A stretch of 64,000 nucleotides of DNA from an uncultured Gemmatimonadales bacterium (GCA_963851265.1 CAWKNZ010000012.1:32001-96000); one strand, 5' to 3'. Positions 22,258 through 33,540 are shown, counted from the first letter of the stretch. Notes: generated by a model from the letters alone, not told the origin. A program made the numbers and translations.

Positions 22258-23373
22258 TCAGTAGGCGACGTCGCGCCGCTCGGCCGCGCACCGGCTGCAC
22301 AGCGTGGCGCTGTGCAGCCACTCCGGCGGGTTCCGCTCGCCGCACTCCGCGCACGTGCGGAAGCGCGCGACGCGCTCCGCACGCGCGGCGAGCACGGCCT
22401 CGATGAACGGCGCCTCGCCGCCGAAGCGCGTCACCGCCTCGCGCGGGAAGCTCGCGCGGCGCTCGCCGGTGAGCACCGGGGTGTGCCCACGCCACTCGAC
22501 CACGGGCACCTCGACGTGCACCGCGTGCGGGTCGGCGCGCACCAGCACCTCGACCGGGTCGCCGTACGAGAGGAGCGTCGACGCGGTCGCCTCGATGGCG
22601 CCGCCGAGAATGGCACCGAGCAGGTCGCGCAGGGTCTCGTCCGGCGACGGCGGGTCGGCGGGCGGGGTCGCGCCCTGGGCCCAGCCGAAATGCAGCCGGC
22701 GCCCGTCCGCGCGCTCGATGGTGGCGAGCGCGCCCACACGCGCCGTGGCGCCGAAGAGTCGCACGAACGCCGCGTAGTCGGCGAATTCCGCGGGCGCAGG
22801 CGGCGGCGCGGCGTCGTCCGCCTCGCCGGGGGCCGGCTCGAACGCGTGCACCAGGACGACGGCGTGCCGCGCCGCGAACGCGTCGGCGTCGAGCAGCGCG
22901 GCGGCCGTGCGCTGGAGCAGCGCGTACCGCACCTCGTCCGGCACCGCGCGCAGCCCGAGCACCGCGAGCACGCGGGCGAGCCGCGCCTGCTCGACCGGCG
23001 ACGCGTCCGCCCGCCACTCGCCGACCGTGAGGCCGAACGCCTCGCCCGCCCTGCCCTCGACCGCGATCACGGCGAGGCCGTCGGCCGTGCGGGCGAGAAC
23101 GAGCGCGTCGGTGCGCGACCCCACCACCGCGTCGGGCAGAGGCGAGGCGTGCTCGGGGATGACCAGCAGCGCCTCCGCGCTCGCCAGCGCGGGATCCCCG
23201 GCGAATACCGCGCGCACCTCGGACGGCAGCCCGTCCGGGGCGGCGTCGGCCGCGCGCTGCCACGCGTGGGCGAGCGCGTGCGCCGACCCGCCCTCGCCCC
23301 ACCGCCCCTCGGGCTCGGCGAGCAACGGGCGCCAGTCAGTGGCGGTGCGGGCGGGCAGCGAAACGCGGGGCAT
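22258..23373 (-). CDS. DUF6946-like (restriction-endonuclease-like fold) protein with C-terminal C4 zinc-finger-like domain
   Basis: DWRPLLAEPEGRW..SAHALAHAW, LLVIPEHASPLP, RTDALVLAR..IAVEGR, RYALLQRTAAA..AVVLVHAF; C-terminal CAEC..CSRC. Confidence 0.7.
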   Translation of the reverse strand: MPRVSLPARTATDWRPLLAEPEGRWGEGGSAHALAHAWQRAADAAPDGLPSEVRAVFAGDPALASAEALLVIPEHASPLPDAVVGSRTDALVLARTADGLAVIAVEGRAGEAFGLTVGEWRADASPVEQARLARVLAVLGLRAVPDEVRYALLQRTAAALLDADAFAARHAVVLVHAFEPAPGEADDAAPPPAPAEFADYAAFVRLFGATARVGALATIERADGRRLHFGWAQGATPPADPPSPDETLRDLLGAILGGAIEATASTLLSYGDPVEVLVRADPHAVHVEVPVVEWRGHTPVLTGERRASFPREAVTRFGGEAPFIEAVLAARAERVARFRTCAECGERNPPEWLHSATLCSRCAAERRDVAY

Positions 23374-23485
23374 CGGCAAAGGGAAGTCTGGCGGTCGCGC
23401 AAGTTACGGCGGATTGCCGCACGACCTGAATCGTACTGCCTCGGGCTCGAGCGCCGCGGCCTTGAGTCTGCATTCGCGTCCTTGC

Positions 23486-25486
23486 ATGGCGAACGAACCA
23501 CCCACCGACTCCGTCCCGCACCCGGAGCCCGACTCGCCCGAGGCGCGGGAACGTGCGGCCGCATTCCGACGTGGCGCAGCGCGCGAGCACGAGCGGTCCG
23601 GGGGTGCCCCGGCGCCGGGCCACGCGCCGGAGCCGGCCCGCGACGCCGTGGCCGGGCGCGCGCGCGGGGCCGTCGCCGCGCGCGCGTTCGCCGCGCTCGC
23701 CGACAACGTGCGCGACTACGCGATCTTCCTCCTCGACCCCGCGGGCGTGATCACCTTCTGGGGTGAGGGCGCGCGGTACATCAAGTGGTGGACCAAGGAC
23801 CAGGCCGAGGGCGCGCACCTCCGCCTGCTCTACCCGTCGGGCGGGGCGGAGGACGGGTCGGCGGAGGCGCACCTGCAGACGGCCGCGGAGCGCGGCGAGT
23901 ACACCGGCGAGGGCCACCGCGTTCGCAGCGACGGGTCGACGTTCTGGGCGGGGGTCACGCTGACCGCGCTCTGGGACGAGGACGGCACCCTGCTCGGCTT
24001 CGCGAAGGTGACGCGCGACCTCACCGCTCGGCGCGCCGCCGACAACCTCCTGCAAGCCGCGGCCGAAGCGTCCGAGACGGCGCGGAACGAGGCGGTGGCG
24101 GCGAGCAATGCCAAGAGCGGGTTCCTGGCGACGATGAGCCACGAGATCCGCACGCCCGTCAACGCGATCCTCGGCTACCACGAGTTGCTCGATCTCGAGA
24201 TCGACGGGCCGCTCACGCCCGGACAGCGCCGCTCCCTCGCGCGCGCGGGCGCGAGCGCGCGACACCTCCTCGCGCTCATCTCGGAGGTGCTCGACTTCTC
24301 GCGCATCGAGGCCGAGCAGGTATCGGTCGAGCGGACGGCGTTTCGCATCGGCGACGCCGTCGGCGGCGCGCTCTCGCTCGTCACGCCCCAGGCGCGCGAG
24401 CGTGGACTCGAGCTCAACAATGAGGTGGGCGGGTACGCGGCCGGACTCTCGGCCTGGGGCGACGAGGCGCGCGTCCGCCAGATCCTCGTCAACCTGCTGA
24501 GCAACGCGATCGCGTTCACCACGGCCCGGTCGGACGAGCCCGGCCGCATCGCGGTGAGCGCGGGCACGGCGACGCAGGCGTCGCCCGACGCCGAACTCGA
24601 TGGTGACGGGCCGTGGGTGTACGTGCGCGTGGAGGACAACGGCGCGGGCATTCCGGCCGACCGGCTGCGCCCGATTTTCGAGGCGTTCGTGCAGGCGGAC
24701 ATGACGCTCACGCGCCGGCACGGCGGCACCGGCCTGGGCCTCGCGATCTGCCGCCGCCTCGCGCGCCTCATGGGCGGCGACGTGACGGTGCGGAGCGAGG
24801 TCGGGGTCGGCTCGACGTTCATCCTCTGGATCCCGGCGGCTCCGGTCGAGTCGCTCGGCACGGGCGGGCTGGCCGGGCACGGGCCCGGGGGGGAGCTCGG
24901 CGCCGCCGGCGACGCGAGCCCGCCCGCGGCCCCACGATCCGAAGCCGCGACGCGCCCGCTGCGCGCCACCGCCGACGCGGTGCTCGCGGAGCTCGAGCGC
25001 GTGCTGCACGCCTACGTCGCGCGCCTGCGGAGCGATCCCGCCACGCCGAGCGCGCACGCCAGGCCCGAGTCGGAGATCGAGGACCACCTCGCGAGCTTCC
25101 TCGCCGACATGGCGGGCATGCTCTATCAGCTCGACCTGACGCTCACCGACCCCCAGAGCGAGGCCGCCGCGGAGGTGCAGGACGGGACGGCGATCCAGCG
25201 CGTCGTGGCCGAACGCCACGGGGCGCAGCGGGCGCGCCTCGGGTGGGCGGAGGACGAGATCCGACGCGAGTTCGTGATCCTGAACGAGGAACTCGCCGCG
25301 GCGGTGCGGCGCGGCGTGGTGGACCGTCTCGCCGGCCCCACACGCGAAGCGCGCGAGCGCGAGGCCGAACGGTGCCTCGTGCTACTCGCGCGCTTCACGG
25401 CGGTCTCCGAACGGTTGAGCGTGGCGGCGTACCGGGCCGCGAGCGCCGGTGGGATGGCGGAGCGCTCCGCCGGAAGCACCGTCTGA
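23486..25486 (+). CDS. PAS sensor histidine kinase with extra C-terminal helical domain
   Basis: DYAIFLLDPAG PAS, FLATMSHEIRTPVNAI, NLLSNAIAFT, DNGAGIP, GTGLGLAI; ~200 aa after the HATPase domain. Confidence 0.9.
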   Translation: MANEPPTDSVPHPEPDSPEARERAAAFRRGAAREHERSGGAPAPGHAPEPARDAVAGRARGAVAARAFAALADNVRDYAIFLLDPAGVITFWGEGARYIKWWTKDQAEGAHLRLLYPSGGAEDGSAEAHLQTAAERGEYTGEGHRVRSDGSTFWAGVTLTALWDEDGTLLGFAKVTRDLTARRAADNLLQAAAEASETARNEAVAASNAKSGFLATMSHEIRTPVNAILGYHELLDLEIDGPLTPGQRRSLARAGASARHLLALISEVLDFSRIEAEQVSVERTAFRIGDAVGGALSLVTPQARERGLELNNEVGGYAAGLSAWGDEARVRQILVNLLSNAIAFTTARSDEPGRIAVSAGTATQASPDAELDGDGPWVYVRVEDNGAGIPADRLRPIFEAFVQADMTLTRRHGGTGLGLAICRRLARLMGGDVTVRSEVGVGSTFILWIPAAPVESLGTGGLAGHGPGGELGAAGDASPPAAPRSEAATRPLRATADAVLAELERVLHAYVARLRSDPATPSAHARPESEIEDHLASFLADMAGMLYQLDLTLTDPQSEAAAEVQDGTAIQRVVAERHGAQRARLGWAEDEIRREFVILNEELAAAVRRGVVDRLAGPTREAREREAERCLVLLARFTAVSERLSVAAYRAASAGGMAERSAGSTV

Positions 25487-25516
25487 CCCGCGGGACGGCC
25501 TGGCCCGCGGGACCGC

Positions 25517-27778
25517 CTAACTCGCGAGCGCGCGTGCCCGCCGACGTCCGGCGGCAGCGCGCACGACCTCTGCCCGCTCCGCCGGGGCCGACACCGTGCC
25601 CGCGATCGAGCCCGACAGGTGGAACCGCTCGACCATGGCGCTGAGTGCCGCCGACTGCCGGACGAGCACGCCGGCCGCGTTCGCGGCGTCGTCGGCGCCC
25701 GCCGCCGTGCGCTCGGTGACGCGGTGCACCTGGGCGACCTCGGTGCTGATGTGGGCGACGTCGTCGGCCTGGGCGCTGCTCGCGGCCGTGATCTCCCCGA
25801 CGCGACCGGCCATCTGGTCCACGTCGGCGTTGATCTCGCGCAGGCTGCCGACCACCTCCGCGTTCAGCGCCACGCTCCGGACCGCGGTCTCGGTCCCCTG
25901 GGCGATCAGCGTCGCGACCTGCCGGGCCGCTTCGGCCGATCGCTGAGCGAGGGCGCGCACCTCTCCGGCGACGACCGCGAAGCCACGCCCCGCGTCGCCC
26001 GCGCGCGCGGCCTCGACCGCCGCGTTCAGCGCCAGGAGGTTGGTCTGCAGCGCGATCTCGTCGATCGTGCGGACGATCTGCGCCGTCGCTTCGCTCGAGC
26101 GGCGCATCTCGGCCATCGACTCGGAGAGGCGCTCCATACGGACCACGCCCCCCGCGGCCCGCTCCCGTGCCTGCTCCGCGAGGTTGCGCGCGTCGCCCGC
26201 GCTCGCCGCGCTGCTGCGCGCGGCGGCGGTCACGCGCTCGATACGCCCGGCGACCGTCTGGAGACTCGACGCCTGCGCGCTCGAGCCCTGGGCGAGGGTG
26301 CGGCTGCCCGCCGTGATCTGCTCGCCCGCCGTCGCGACCTCGCCCGCCGCCGCGCGCACCTGGGCGAGTGCGCCGTCGAGCGTCCCGACCGCCCCGTTGA
26401 GCGCGGTCTGGATGGAGCCGTACGCGCCGTGGTACTCACCCGTCATGCGGGCCGAGAGGTCGCGGTCGGCGACGCGCTCGAGCACCGCGCGCGTGGCCTG
26501 CACCGGCGACTCGACCGCGCTGAGGGCGCGGTTCATCCCGGCCACGAGCTCTGCGAACGCGCCCTCGTAGCGCGTCGCGTCGGCGCGCTCGCTCAGGCGC
26601 CCGGCTTCCGCGGCGGTCGCCAGCGACGACACGTCGCTGGCGAGTCGCTGCAGCGTCGCGCCGAGCGACGCGAACCCTGCGCCGAGCCGGTCGTTGGCGC
26701 TGCGCGCCACGCACGCGACCGAGGTGTCTCCGGCGGCGAGACGCGTGGCCACGTCGGCGAACGCCCGCTCGGCCGCGGTGACGGCCGCGAAGGCCGCGGA
26801 CACCTGCCCGACCTCGTCGTCGCGCTCGAGGGTCGGCACGCTCGCGTCGAGGTCGCCGACGGCGACGCGCCTGGCGACCGTGCTCAGCGCGGTCAGCGGG
26901 CCGAGCGCCCGGCGGGTGAAGCCCCACAGGAGCGCACAGCCGAGGACCGCGCAGAGCGCGGCGGCCGCGACGACGACGTTGGCCGCGTGACCGGCCGCAT
27001 TCCGCGCGCTGGCTGCATACGGCGCGAACGGAAAGCCCGCGTAGATGATGCCGATCACGGCGCCGGAGGCGTCGGTGATGGGCAGATACTGCGTGAACTC
27101 GTCGACACCCGCGACCGTGGCCCGGCCGTGGTACGCGCGGCCCGACGCGAAGGCCGCGCCGGCACCGGCCGGGCGGTGCGTCGCCGTGTCCTGCGCCGGC
27201 ATCACCGTGAACACCGCACGCGTGGGGCGCCCGTGCGCGTCGGGGCGCGTGACCGTCGTCGCGAGGCGGAGCGCGCGCCCCATGGGCGCGGACCCGACCG
27301 TCGGGTCGGCGGACGGCGTCGCCGACGCACGCGGCGGCAGGCGGACGGCGACCGTGAACTCCGCGCCGGTGATCTCGGTGGCGCGGTCGAGCGCGTGCTG
27401 CACCACCGCGCGGCCGATCACGGGCGTGGTGCCCTTCGCGAGCAGGGCCGACACCGACTCGGTGGTCCGGTACGGGTCCTTGCGGCCGTTGCCGTTGTAG
27501 AAGGCGAGCGCCGTGTCCCCGCCGGCGGGGCGCACGAGCGTCCAGGCGCCCGGCGCCGCGTCGTCGAGCAGCGCGCGCGCGGTACTGAGCGCGAACGAGA
27601 GGCGGTCGTCCGCCTGGGTGAGCTGTGCGCGGAGCGTCGCGTCGGCGATCTGCGAACGGGCGAAGAAGCCGACGACGGCGATGGTGAGGACGAGCGTCGC
27701 GGCGCTGATGCCGGCGATCCGTGTGCTGAGGCGGATGCGGAGCAATTGCCGCCGCAGCGCGGCAATGGTAGGAGGCAC
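25517..27778 (-). CDS. Methyl-accepting chemotaxis protein (TM, Cache-like sensor, TM, HAMPs, MCP signal domain)
   Basis: [55 protein letters not shown]; start uncertain. Confidence 0.92.
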   Translation of the reverse strand: MPPTIAALRRQLLRIRLSTRIAGISAATLVLTIAVVGFFARSQIADATLRAQLTQADDRLSFALSTARALLDDAAPGAWTLVRPAGGDTALAFYNGNGRKDPYRTTESVSALLAKGTTPVIGRAVVQHALDRATEITGAEFTVAVRLPPRASATPSADPTVGSAPMGRALRLATTVTRPDAHGRPTRAVFTVMPAQDTATHRPAGAGAAFASGRAYHGRATVAGVDEFTQYLPITDASGAVIGIIYAGFPFAPYAASARNAAGHAANVVVAAAALCAVLGCALLWGFTRRALGPLTALSTVARRVAVGDLDASVPTLERDDEVGQVSAAFAAVTAAERAFADVATRLAAGDTSVACVARSANDRLGAGFASLGATLQRLASDVSSLATAAEAGRLSERADATRYEGAFAELVAGMNRALSAVESPVQATRAVLERVADRDLSARMTGEYHGAYGSIQTALNGAVGTLDGALAQVRAAAGEVATAGEQITAGSRTLAQGSSAQASSLQTVAGRIERVTAAARSSAASAGDARNLAEQARERAAGGVVRMERLSESMAEMRRSSEATAQIVRTIDEIALQTNLLALNAAVEAARAGDAGRGFAVVAGEVRALAQRSAEAARQVATLIAQGTETAVRSVALNAEVVGSLREINADVDQMAGRVGEITAASSAQADDVAHISTEVAQVHRVTERTAAGADDAANAAGVLVRQSAALSAMVERFHLSGSIAGTVSAPAERAEVVRAAAGRRRARALAS

Positions 27779-28037
27779 TCGGCGGGGGGTGGCAGGGGAG
27801 GTATCGCACCGAGACGATCGTGATCGCCGGAAGTCCCGTCTGCGCCACTCGGTTGGACGTAGGGAAGGGCGGATTTCGCTGCCCAGGGCGATCCGGTTGG
27901 CGCGACGACGTGGGGGCCCGGCCCGGCCGCACGCGCGCGGGGCTGGACGCCGCGCCGGGCACGGGACGCATATTCGTTCGGGCCGTCGCGGCGCCGTCCC
28001 GTGCGACCGTCCGGCCCGGTTCCCCTCCCCGCACCGC

Positions 28038-29270
28038 ATGCTCATGCCCCGTCGCCGTCCCGCCCTCGTCGCCCTGCTCGGCGCCGTCCTTGCCGCACCC
28101 GCCGCGTCCGCTCGTGCGCAGACCCCGGCCGGGCCAGCCGCTGTGCCTGCCGCCGACGACCCCATCAAGGGCCTCGTCGGCCGCCTCGACCTGGAGCGGT
28201 ACAAGGCGACGATCAAGGGCCTCACGCAGTTCGGCGACCGGCGCCAGGGCACCGACCGCAATCGCGCCGCCGTGGACTGGATCGAGGCCCAGCTCAAGAG
28301 CTACGGCTGCACCAACACCGAGCGGATCACGTACGACTACCAGCCGCCCCCGCCGCGGCCCGGGTCGGAGAACGCGTACCGTGCGCGTGTCGCGACGTCG
28401 GCGCCGGGCGGCGCGCGTCTCCGGGGCAGCCAGCTGCCGATCGGCGTGAACAGCGACTCGCTCGCGCAGCCCGACGCGCGGCTCCGCGCGCTGAACGCGC
28501 AGGCGAGCGCGCCGGGGCGGCGGCAGGAGGTGTACTGCACCAAGGTGGGGAGCACGCACCCGGGCGAGATGTACATCGTGGGCGCGCACATGGACGGCAT
28601 CGGCTGGGGCGAGGCCGCAAACGACGACGGGTCGGGCACCGCGCTCGTGATGGAGCTCGCGCGCGTGTTGTCCGCGCCCGACGTGCAGACGGACCGCTCG
28701 ATCCGCTTCGTCCTGTGGAACAACGAGGAGACGGGGCTCAACGGCGCGCGCGCGTACGTGGAGCAGCGGCAGGCGTTGCAGGGCAAGGAGTCGCCCGCCG
28801 GGTCTGGGCGGTACCCCGAGCCGCGGTGGTTAGGCATGATCCAGCACGACATGATGCTCTTCGACCACGGCATGCCCCGCCCCGACGGGACGATGAGCCG
28901 CGAGCAGCGCCCGGAAGCCGACGTGAACGTCGAGTTCCAGAGCGCCTCGAAGATGGCCGCCGGGGCGCAGCAGCTGGCGTGGGCGCTCGCGAACGCGAAC
29001 GAGGCGTACGCGACCGACTACCCGGCGACGGTGGGGCAGCACATGACCAACACGGACTCCGGGCCGTTCCAGGACCTCGTCCCGGCGGTCAGCCTGCGCG
29101 AGAACGAGCGCGGGTCGCAGATCGGCGCCGGGTGGGATCCGCAGTGGCACCAGCCGACGGACCTGTACGCGACCTACAACGACAGGGACTTCCGGCTGGG
29201 CCTCAACGCGGCGCAGACGACGTTAGGCGGGGTGGCGCGGCTGGCCGGGGCGACGATGCGGGGCCGGTGA
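28038..29270 (+). CDS. Secreted M28 family metallopeptidase
   Basis: Signal peptide; [36 protein letters not shown]. Confidence 0.88.
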   Translation: MLMPRRRPALVALLGAVLAAPAASARAQTPAGPAAVPAADDPIKGLVGRLDLERYKATIKGLTQFGDRRQGTDRNRAAVDWIEAQLKSYGCTNTERITYDYQPPPPRPGSENAYRARVATSAPGGARLRGSQLPIGVNSDSLAQPDARLRALNAQASAPGRRQEVYCTKVGSTHPGEMYIVGAHMDGIGWGEAANDDGSGTALVMELARVLSAPDVQTDRSIRFVLWNNEETGLNGARAYVEQRQALQGKESPAGSGRYPEPRWLGMIQHDMMLFDHGMPRPDGTMSREQRPEADVNVEFQSASKMAAGAQQLAWALANANEAYATDYPATVGQHMTNTDSGPFQDLVPAVSLRENERGSQIGAGWDPQWHQPTDLYATYNDRDFRLGLNAAQTTLGGVARLAGATMRGR

Positions 29271-29272
29271 GC

Positions 29273-31141
29273 ATGAACACCCGCCGCCAGTTTCTCGTCC
29301 GCGCGCCGCTCGGCGTCGCCGGCGCGCTCGCCGCCTGCCGCCACGCGCCCGCGTCCGAGTCCCAGCCGCCCGTACCCGGCCCGGGCGGTACCCCGACCGG
29401 AGCCCCCGCCGCCGCGCCCGCCGCCGCGCCCGCCGGGGCGCCGGCAGGCGCGCCGCCCGCGTTCAACACCGCGCCCCCGGTCGGGCCCGAGGTGTCGACG
29501 GCCACGTTCGCGGAGGCGGAGAAGCTGATGCAGGTGCAGCTCACCCCCGCGCAGCGGCGCATGGCCGCCGACAGCTGGCGCACGTCGATGGCGCCTCTGG
29601 TGGAGCGGCGCACCGGCCCCAAGAAGCTCGCGCTCCCCGACGGGCTCGCGCCCGCGACCCGCTGGACGCCCGGCGTCGGCGGGGAGCCGATGGGGGCGGC
29701 GCGCGACCGCTTCGTGCGCACCCCGGCCGACTCCGCTCCGCTCCCGACGAGCGATGCCGACATCGCCTACGCGCCGGTGACGCGCCTCTCGCGCTGGATC
29801 GAGTCGCGCCAGCTCACCTCCGAGCGCCTCACGCGCATCTACCTCGAGCGCATCCGGCGCTACGACCCGAAGCTGCGCTGCGTCATCACCCTGGTCGCCG
29901 ACGCGGCGATGGTCGAGGCGCGGCGTGCGGACGCCGAGATCGCCGCCGGGCGCTACCGCGGGCCGCTGCATGGTGTGCCGTACGGCGTGAAGGACCTGCT
30001 CGACACCGCGGGCGTTCGCACGACTTGGGGTGCGGAGCCGTTCCGCGACCGGGTGCCGAACGCGGACGCGGCCGTCGTGGCGCGGCTGCGCGCCGCGGGG
30101 GCGGTGCTCGTCGCCAAGCTCAGCCTCGGCGCGCTCGCACTCAACGACATCTGGTTCGGCGGGCAGACGATGAACCCGTGGCTCCTGGAGGAAGGCGCGT
30201 CGGGGTCGAGCGCGGGGCCCGGCGCGGCGACCGCGGCTGCGCTCGTCGGGTTCTCGGTGGGGAGCGAGACGGGCGGCAGCATCATCAGCCCGAGCATGCG
30301 TTGTGGCGTGACGGGACTCCGCCCGACGTACGGCCGCGTCGCGCGCACGGGCGCGATGACGCTCGCCTGGTCGCTCGACAAGCTCGGGCCGATGACGCGG
30401 AGCGTGGAGGACGCGATGCTGGTGCTGCAGGCGATCACCGGCCCCGACGCGGGCGACGTGGCGAGCGTGCCGAGCCGGCTCGACTACGACGCGACCGCGG
30501 GAGTGCGGGGGCTGCGCGTGGGGTACGTGCCGGCGTGGATGCGGGAGGCGCCCGCCACCGACGTCGACCGCGCCGCGCTCGACGCGGTGCGCGCGTTAGG
30601 CATGACCGCGGTCCCGGTCACCTTCCCCGACTGGCCCTACGACTCGCTCAACCTGGTGCTCTTCGCGGAGGCCGCGGCGGCGTTCGAGGAGTTGACGCTG
30701 AGCGGGCGCGCGGACCAGCTGCGCGCGCAGGTGCCCGACGCGTGGCCCAACCTGTTCCGCGAGGCGCGCTTCCTCTCGGCCGTGGACTTCGTGCAGACCG
30801 ACCGCCTGCGGCGTCGCGTCGCGGAGGAGATGGGGCGCGTCATGTCGCAGGTCGACCTGCTGCTCGTGCCTTCGCTGCGCGACGAGATGCTCGTGATCTC
30901 GAACAACACCGGGCACCCGTCGCTCACGCTCCGCACGGGGTTCGTGCGCGTGGCCGAGGCGCGCAGCGACTGGGCGCCCGACCCGGCCCACCCGCTGCCC
31001 AGGTTCGACCCGCCGCGGCGCGTGCCGCACGGCGTGACGCTCATCGGGCGGCTGTTCGACGAGGGGACGATCGCGCGCGCGGGGCTGGCGCTCGAGCGCG
31101 CGTCGGGGGTGGTCGCCGAACGGCCCCCGCAGTTCGCCTGA
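29273..31141 (+). CDS. Amidase-signature family protein with Tat-like signal
   Basis: MNTRRQFL; GPLHGVPYGVKDLL, SGSSAGPG, GSETGGSIISPS. Confidence 0.92.
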   Translation: MNTRRQFLVRAPLGVAGALAACRHAPASESQPPVPGPGGTPTGAPAAAPAAAPAGAPAGAPPAFNTAPPVGPEVSTATFAEAEKLMQVQLTPAQRRMAADSWRTSMAPLVERRTGPKKLALPDGLAPATRWTPGVGGEPMGAARDRFVRTPADSAPLPTSDADIAYAPVTRLSRWIESRQLTSERLTRIYLERIRRYDPKLRCVITLVADAAMVEARRADAEIAAGRYRGPLHGVPYGVKDLLDTAGVRTTWGAEPFRDRVPNADAAVVARLRAAGAVLVAKLSLGALALNDIWFGGQTMNPWLLEEGASGSSAGPGAATAAALVGFSVGSETGGSIISPSMRCGVTGLRPTYGRVARTGAMTLAWSLDKLGPMTRSVEDAMLVLQAITGPDAGDVASVPSRLDYDATAGVRGLRVGYVPAWMREAPATDVDRAALDAVRALGMTAVPVTFPDWPYDSLNLVLFAEAAAAFEELTLSGRADQLRAQVPDAWPNLFREARFLSAVDFVQTDRLRRRVAEEMGRVMSQVDLLLVPSLRDEMLVISNNTGHPSLTLRTGFVRVAEARSDWAPDPAHPLPRFDPPRRVPHGVTLIGRLFDEGTIARAGLALERASGVVAERPPQFA

Positions 31142-31208
31142 CAGGCGGGGCGGGGGTGACCGGCGCGCGCCTCACGGCCGTGCGCTTCGTCGCGCACGCG
31201 GCGGCGAT

Positions 31209-31685
31209 CTACGGCGTCACCCGGGCGCGCTGCGGATCGTCGGCCGGATGCACGTAGGTCATCGCGAACGGCCCCGTCGCGCTCACCGCGACGACCGTCG
31301 CTCCCTGCGCGGCGGCATAATGGTGCATCCGCGCCGGTACGTCCCCCGCCTGCCCGCTCGTCATCGGGCGCGCGGTCGCGAGGTTGAGCGAGTCGCCCAT
31401 CCCGACGAGGAAGGTGCCGCGCCGCACGACCACGTGCTCGCTCGTCGGATGCGAGTGGGGCGGGATCCGGTAGCCGTCGGGAAGCGAGAGTTCGATGGTG
31501 AACGGGCCAGACTTGCTGGGATCACCTTTCAGGACGGCCATCTGCGCGCCGGCGGGGAACACCGGGGGGGCCGGTGTCCAGTGTCGGACGGGCATGCTGT
31601 CCTGCTTCGCCGCGGAGGGCTGCTGCGCTTGGACCGCCGACGCGGCGGCCAGTCCGACTACAGTGGTGACGAGTACCGGTCGCAT
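31209..31685 (-). CDS. Secreted cupin-domain protein (DUF4437-like)
   Basis: Signal peptide; GAQMAVLKGDP, IPPHSHPTSEHVVV, MHHYA. Confidence 0.85.
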   Translation of the reverse strand: MRPVLVTTVVGLAAASAVQAQQPSAAKQDSMPVRHWTPAPPVFPAGAQMAVLKGDPSKSGPFTIELSLPDGYRIPPHSHPTSEHVVVRRGTFLVGMGDSLNLATARPMTSGQAGDVPARMHHYAAAQGATVVAVSATGPFAMTYVHPADDPQRARVTP

Positions 31686-31906
31686 ACGCCGATCTCCATG
31701 AGTGGCGAGGCGCATAGGGAGCAACTGCGCCGGCCGAACATGGGGGCCCCATCCGCGGTTGGACAGGTCGCCAGACGTTGCGACGACGACTCGGGCGATC
31801 GGACGACGCTCGCGCGACGCGGTGTACCAGAGACTGCGCGTCAGATCGGGGCATTCAGCACGTATGCGCTGGTGACGGCGTCCGGTGTTCGACCGGCCGT
31901 GGCTCG

Positions 31907-32584
31907 TCAGACGCCGACAGGAGACGCCTGCTCGGTCGAGACATCGCGCGCGAACGAGCCGGTCCGGACGTCCCCGGCGCGTTCGTAGGTCGCGAGGATC
32001 ACGCCGGTCGGCGCGACCACGGAATGCGACAGCCGATACGCGGCCGGCCGGATCCCCTCGCCGAAGAGCCGCTTGCCAGAGCCGAGCGCCACCGGGAAGA
32101 TCAGCAGCCGGAGCTCGTCGACCAGGTCTGTCGCGAGGAGCGTCTGCGCGAAGTCGCCGGAGCCCTGGGTCAGCAGGTCCGGCCCGTCGCCCCGCTTCAG
32201 CTCACGCACCGCGGCCACGGCGTCGGGCCCGAGCCACCGGCTGTTCTCCCAGGCGAGCGCCGGGCGGGAGCGCGACGCGACGTACTTCGTGGCCCGGTTG
32301 AAGGTGTTGGCGAGCTCCGCCCCCCCGGCCGAGTAGGTCGGTGAGCCGGGATCGACGGCGACGTGCGGCCAGTAGCCGGCGAAGATGTCGTACGTGCGGC
32401 GGCCGAGGAGCAGGTCGAAGGGCCGGCCGGCGTTCTCCGCCGTCCCCTTCCCGATCGCGGGGTCGGCGTACGGCACGACCCACCCGCCGTAGCGGAAGCC
32501 GCCGGACGGGTCCTCACCGGGCCCGCCCGGGGCCTGCATGACGCCGTCGAGGCTCACGAAGGCGGCGGTCACGAGCTTGCGCAT
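31907..32584 (-). CDS. Dihydrofolate reductase / RibD C-terminal family protein
   Basis: FVSLDGVMQAPGGP, LLLGRRTYDIFA, QGSGDFAQTL, LVDELRLLIFPVALGSGKRLF. Confidence 0.92.
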   Translation of the reverse strand: MRKLVTAAFVSLDGVMQAPGGPGEDPSGGFRYGGWVVPYADPAIGKGTAENAGRPFDLLLGRRTYDIFAGYWPHVAVDPGSPTYSAGGAELANTFNRATKYVASRSRPALAWENSRWLGPDAVAAVRELKRGDGPDLLTQGSGDFAQTLLATDLVDELRLLIFPVALGSGKRLFGEGIRPAAYRLSHSVVAPTGVILATYERAGDVRTGSFARDVSTEQASPVGV

Positions 32585-32658
32585 CACGGTCCTCTCTCGA
32601 GTGTTGGGGGGGACGGAGCGACGCGATGCGCCCGGACGTGGCTCCCGTCACACACGGC

Positions 32659-33540
32659 CTAACGCAGCCGGCGCAGCTCGACCTCTGACATGAGGAACCC
32701 GAACGCCGGCCACCCGCCGGCCCGAACGGAGCGCGTGAACCAGGTGCGCGCGGACGCGGTGTCGCCGCGCACCAAATACCAGTTCCCCACGCCGTAGCTC
32801 AGCGTCGACGCCGCGACGGCCCCGGTGTCGGCGGCCGTGATCACCGAGTCGGGGGCGGTCTGACCGCGGTACAGCCGGAGCCGCTGCGCGTACGCGTTCG
32901 CGACCGGGAGTGAGTCGGGGTGGCGGTCGAGCATCGCCCGCGCATCGGCCGCGCGCCCGGCCCGCGACAGCGACATCCAGCGCCAGTCGGTGGAGCCGGC
33001 CAGCTCGCCCGCGTCGGGCGCGCGCGGCTGGGCGTGTCCGAACGCGTCGGCCGCGCCGGCGAAGTCGCCCGCCGCGTAGCGCGAAATGCCGAGGTGGTAC
33101 CAGATCCCGTAGTTGGTGCTGTCGAGGCGGTTGCCGCGCGTGAGGTCGGCGAGCGCGGGGCCGAACTCGCCGACCGAGATGTGGCGGTGGCCGCGCCAGC
33201 GGTAGAGCACCGCGTCGTCGGGCGCGACCGCGAGGCCGCGCGTGAACGTCGCGATCGCCTCGCGGTACTGGCGCGCGCCGGCCTGGGCGAGGCCGAGCGC
33301 GAGGAGGAGGTCGACGTTTCGCGGGTTGGACGCGAGTGCGGCCGTGGCGCGCGCGACGGGCCCCGTGTCGGCATCGGCGCGAAACACCACGCCCTGCACG
33401 GAGCGGTACTCGACGGGCGGCTCGGCGGCCGGCGCCGCGGTCTGGGCCGCGGCGGGGGCGACGGCGGGAGCGGCGGGCGAGGCGGCGAGCGCCGCCGCGC
33501 CCGCCATGAGCGTGACGGTCCAACGTCGGCGAACTCGCAT
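32659..33540 (-). CDS. Secreted tetratricopeptide-repeat protein
   Basis: Signal peptide followed by TPR-like helices (LLLALGLAQAGARQYREAIATFTRGL; IWYHLGISRYAAGDFAGAADAF). Confidence 0.82.
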   Translation of the reverse strand: MRVRRRWTVTLMAGAAALAASPAAPAVAPAAAQTAAPAAEPPVEYRSVQGVVFRADADTGPVARATAALASNPRNVDLLLALGLAQAGARQYREAIATFTRGLAVAPDDAVLYRWRGHRHISVGEFGPALADLTRGNRLDSTNYGIWYHLGISRYAAGDFAGAADAFGHAQPRAPDAGELAGSTDWRWMSLSRAGRAADARAMLDRHPDSLPVANAYAQRLRLYRGQTAPDSVITAADTGAVAASTLSYGVGNWYLVRGDTASARTWFTRSVRAGGWPAFGFLMSEVELRRLR

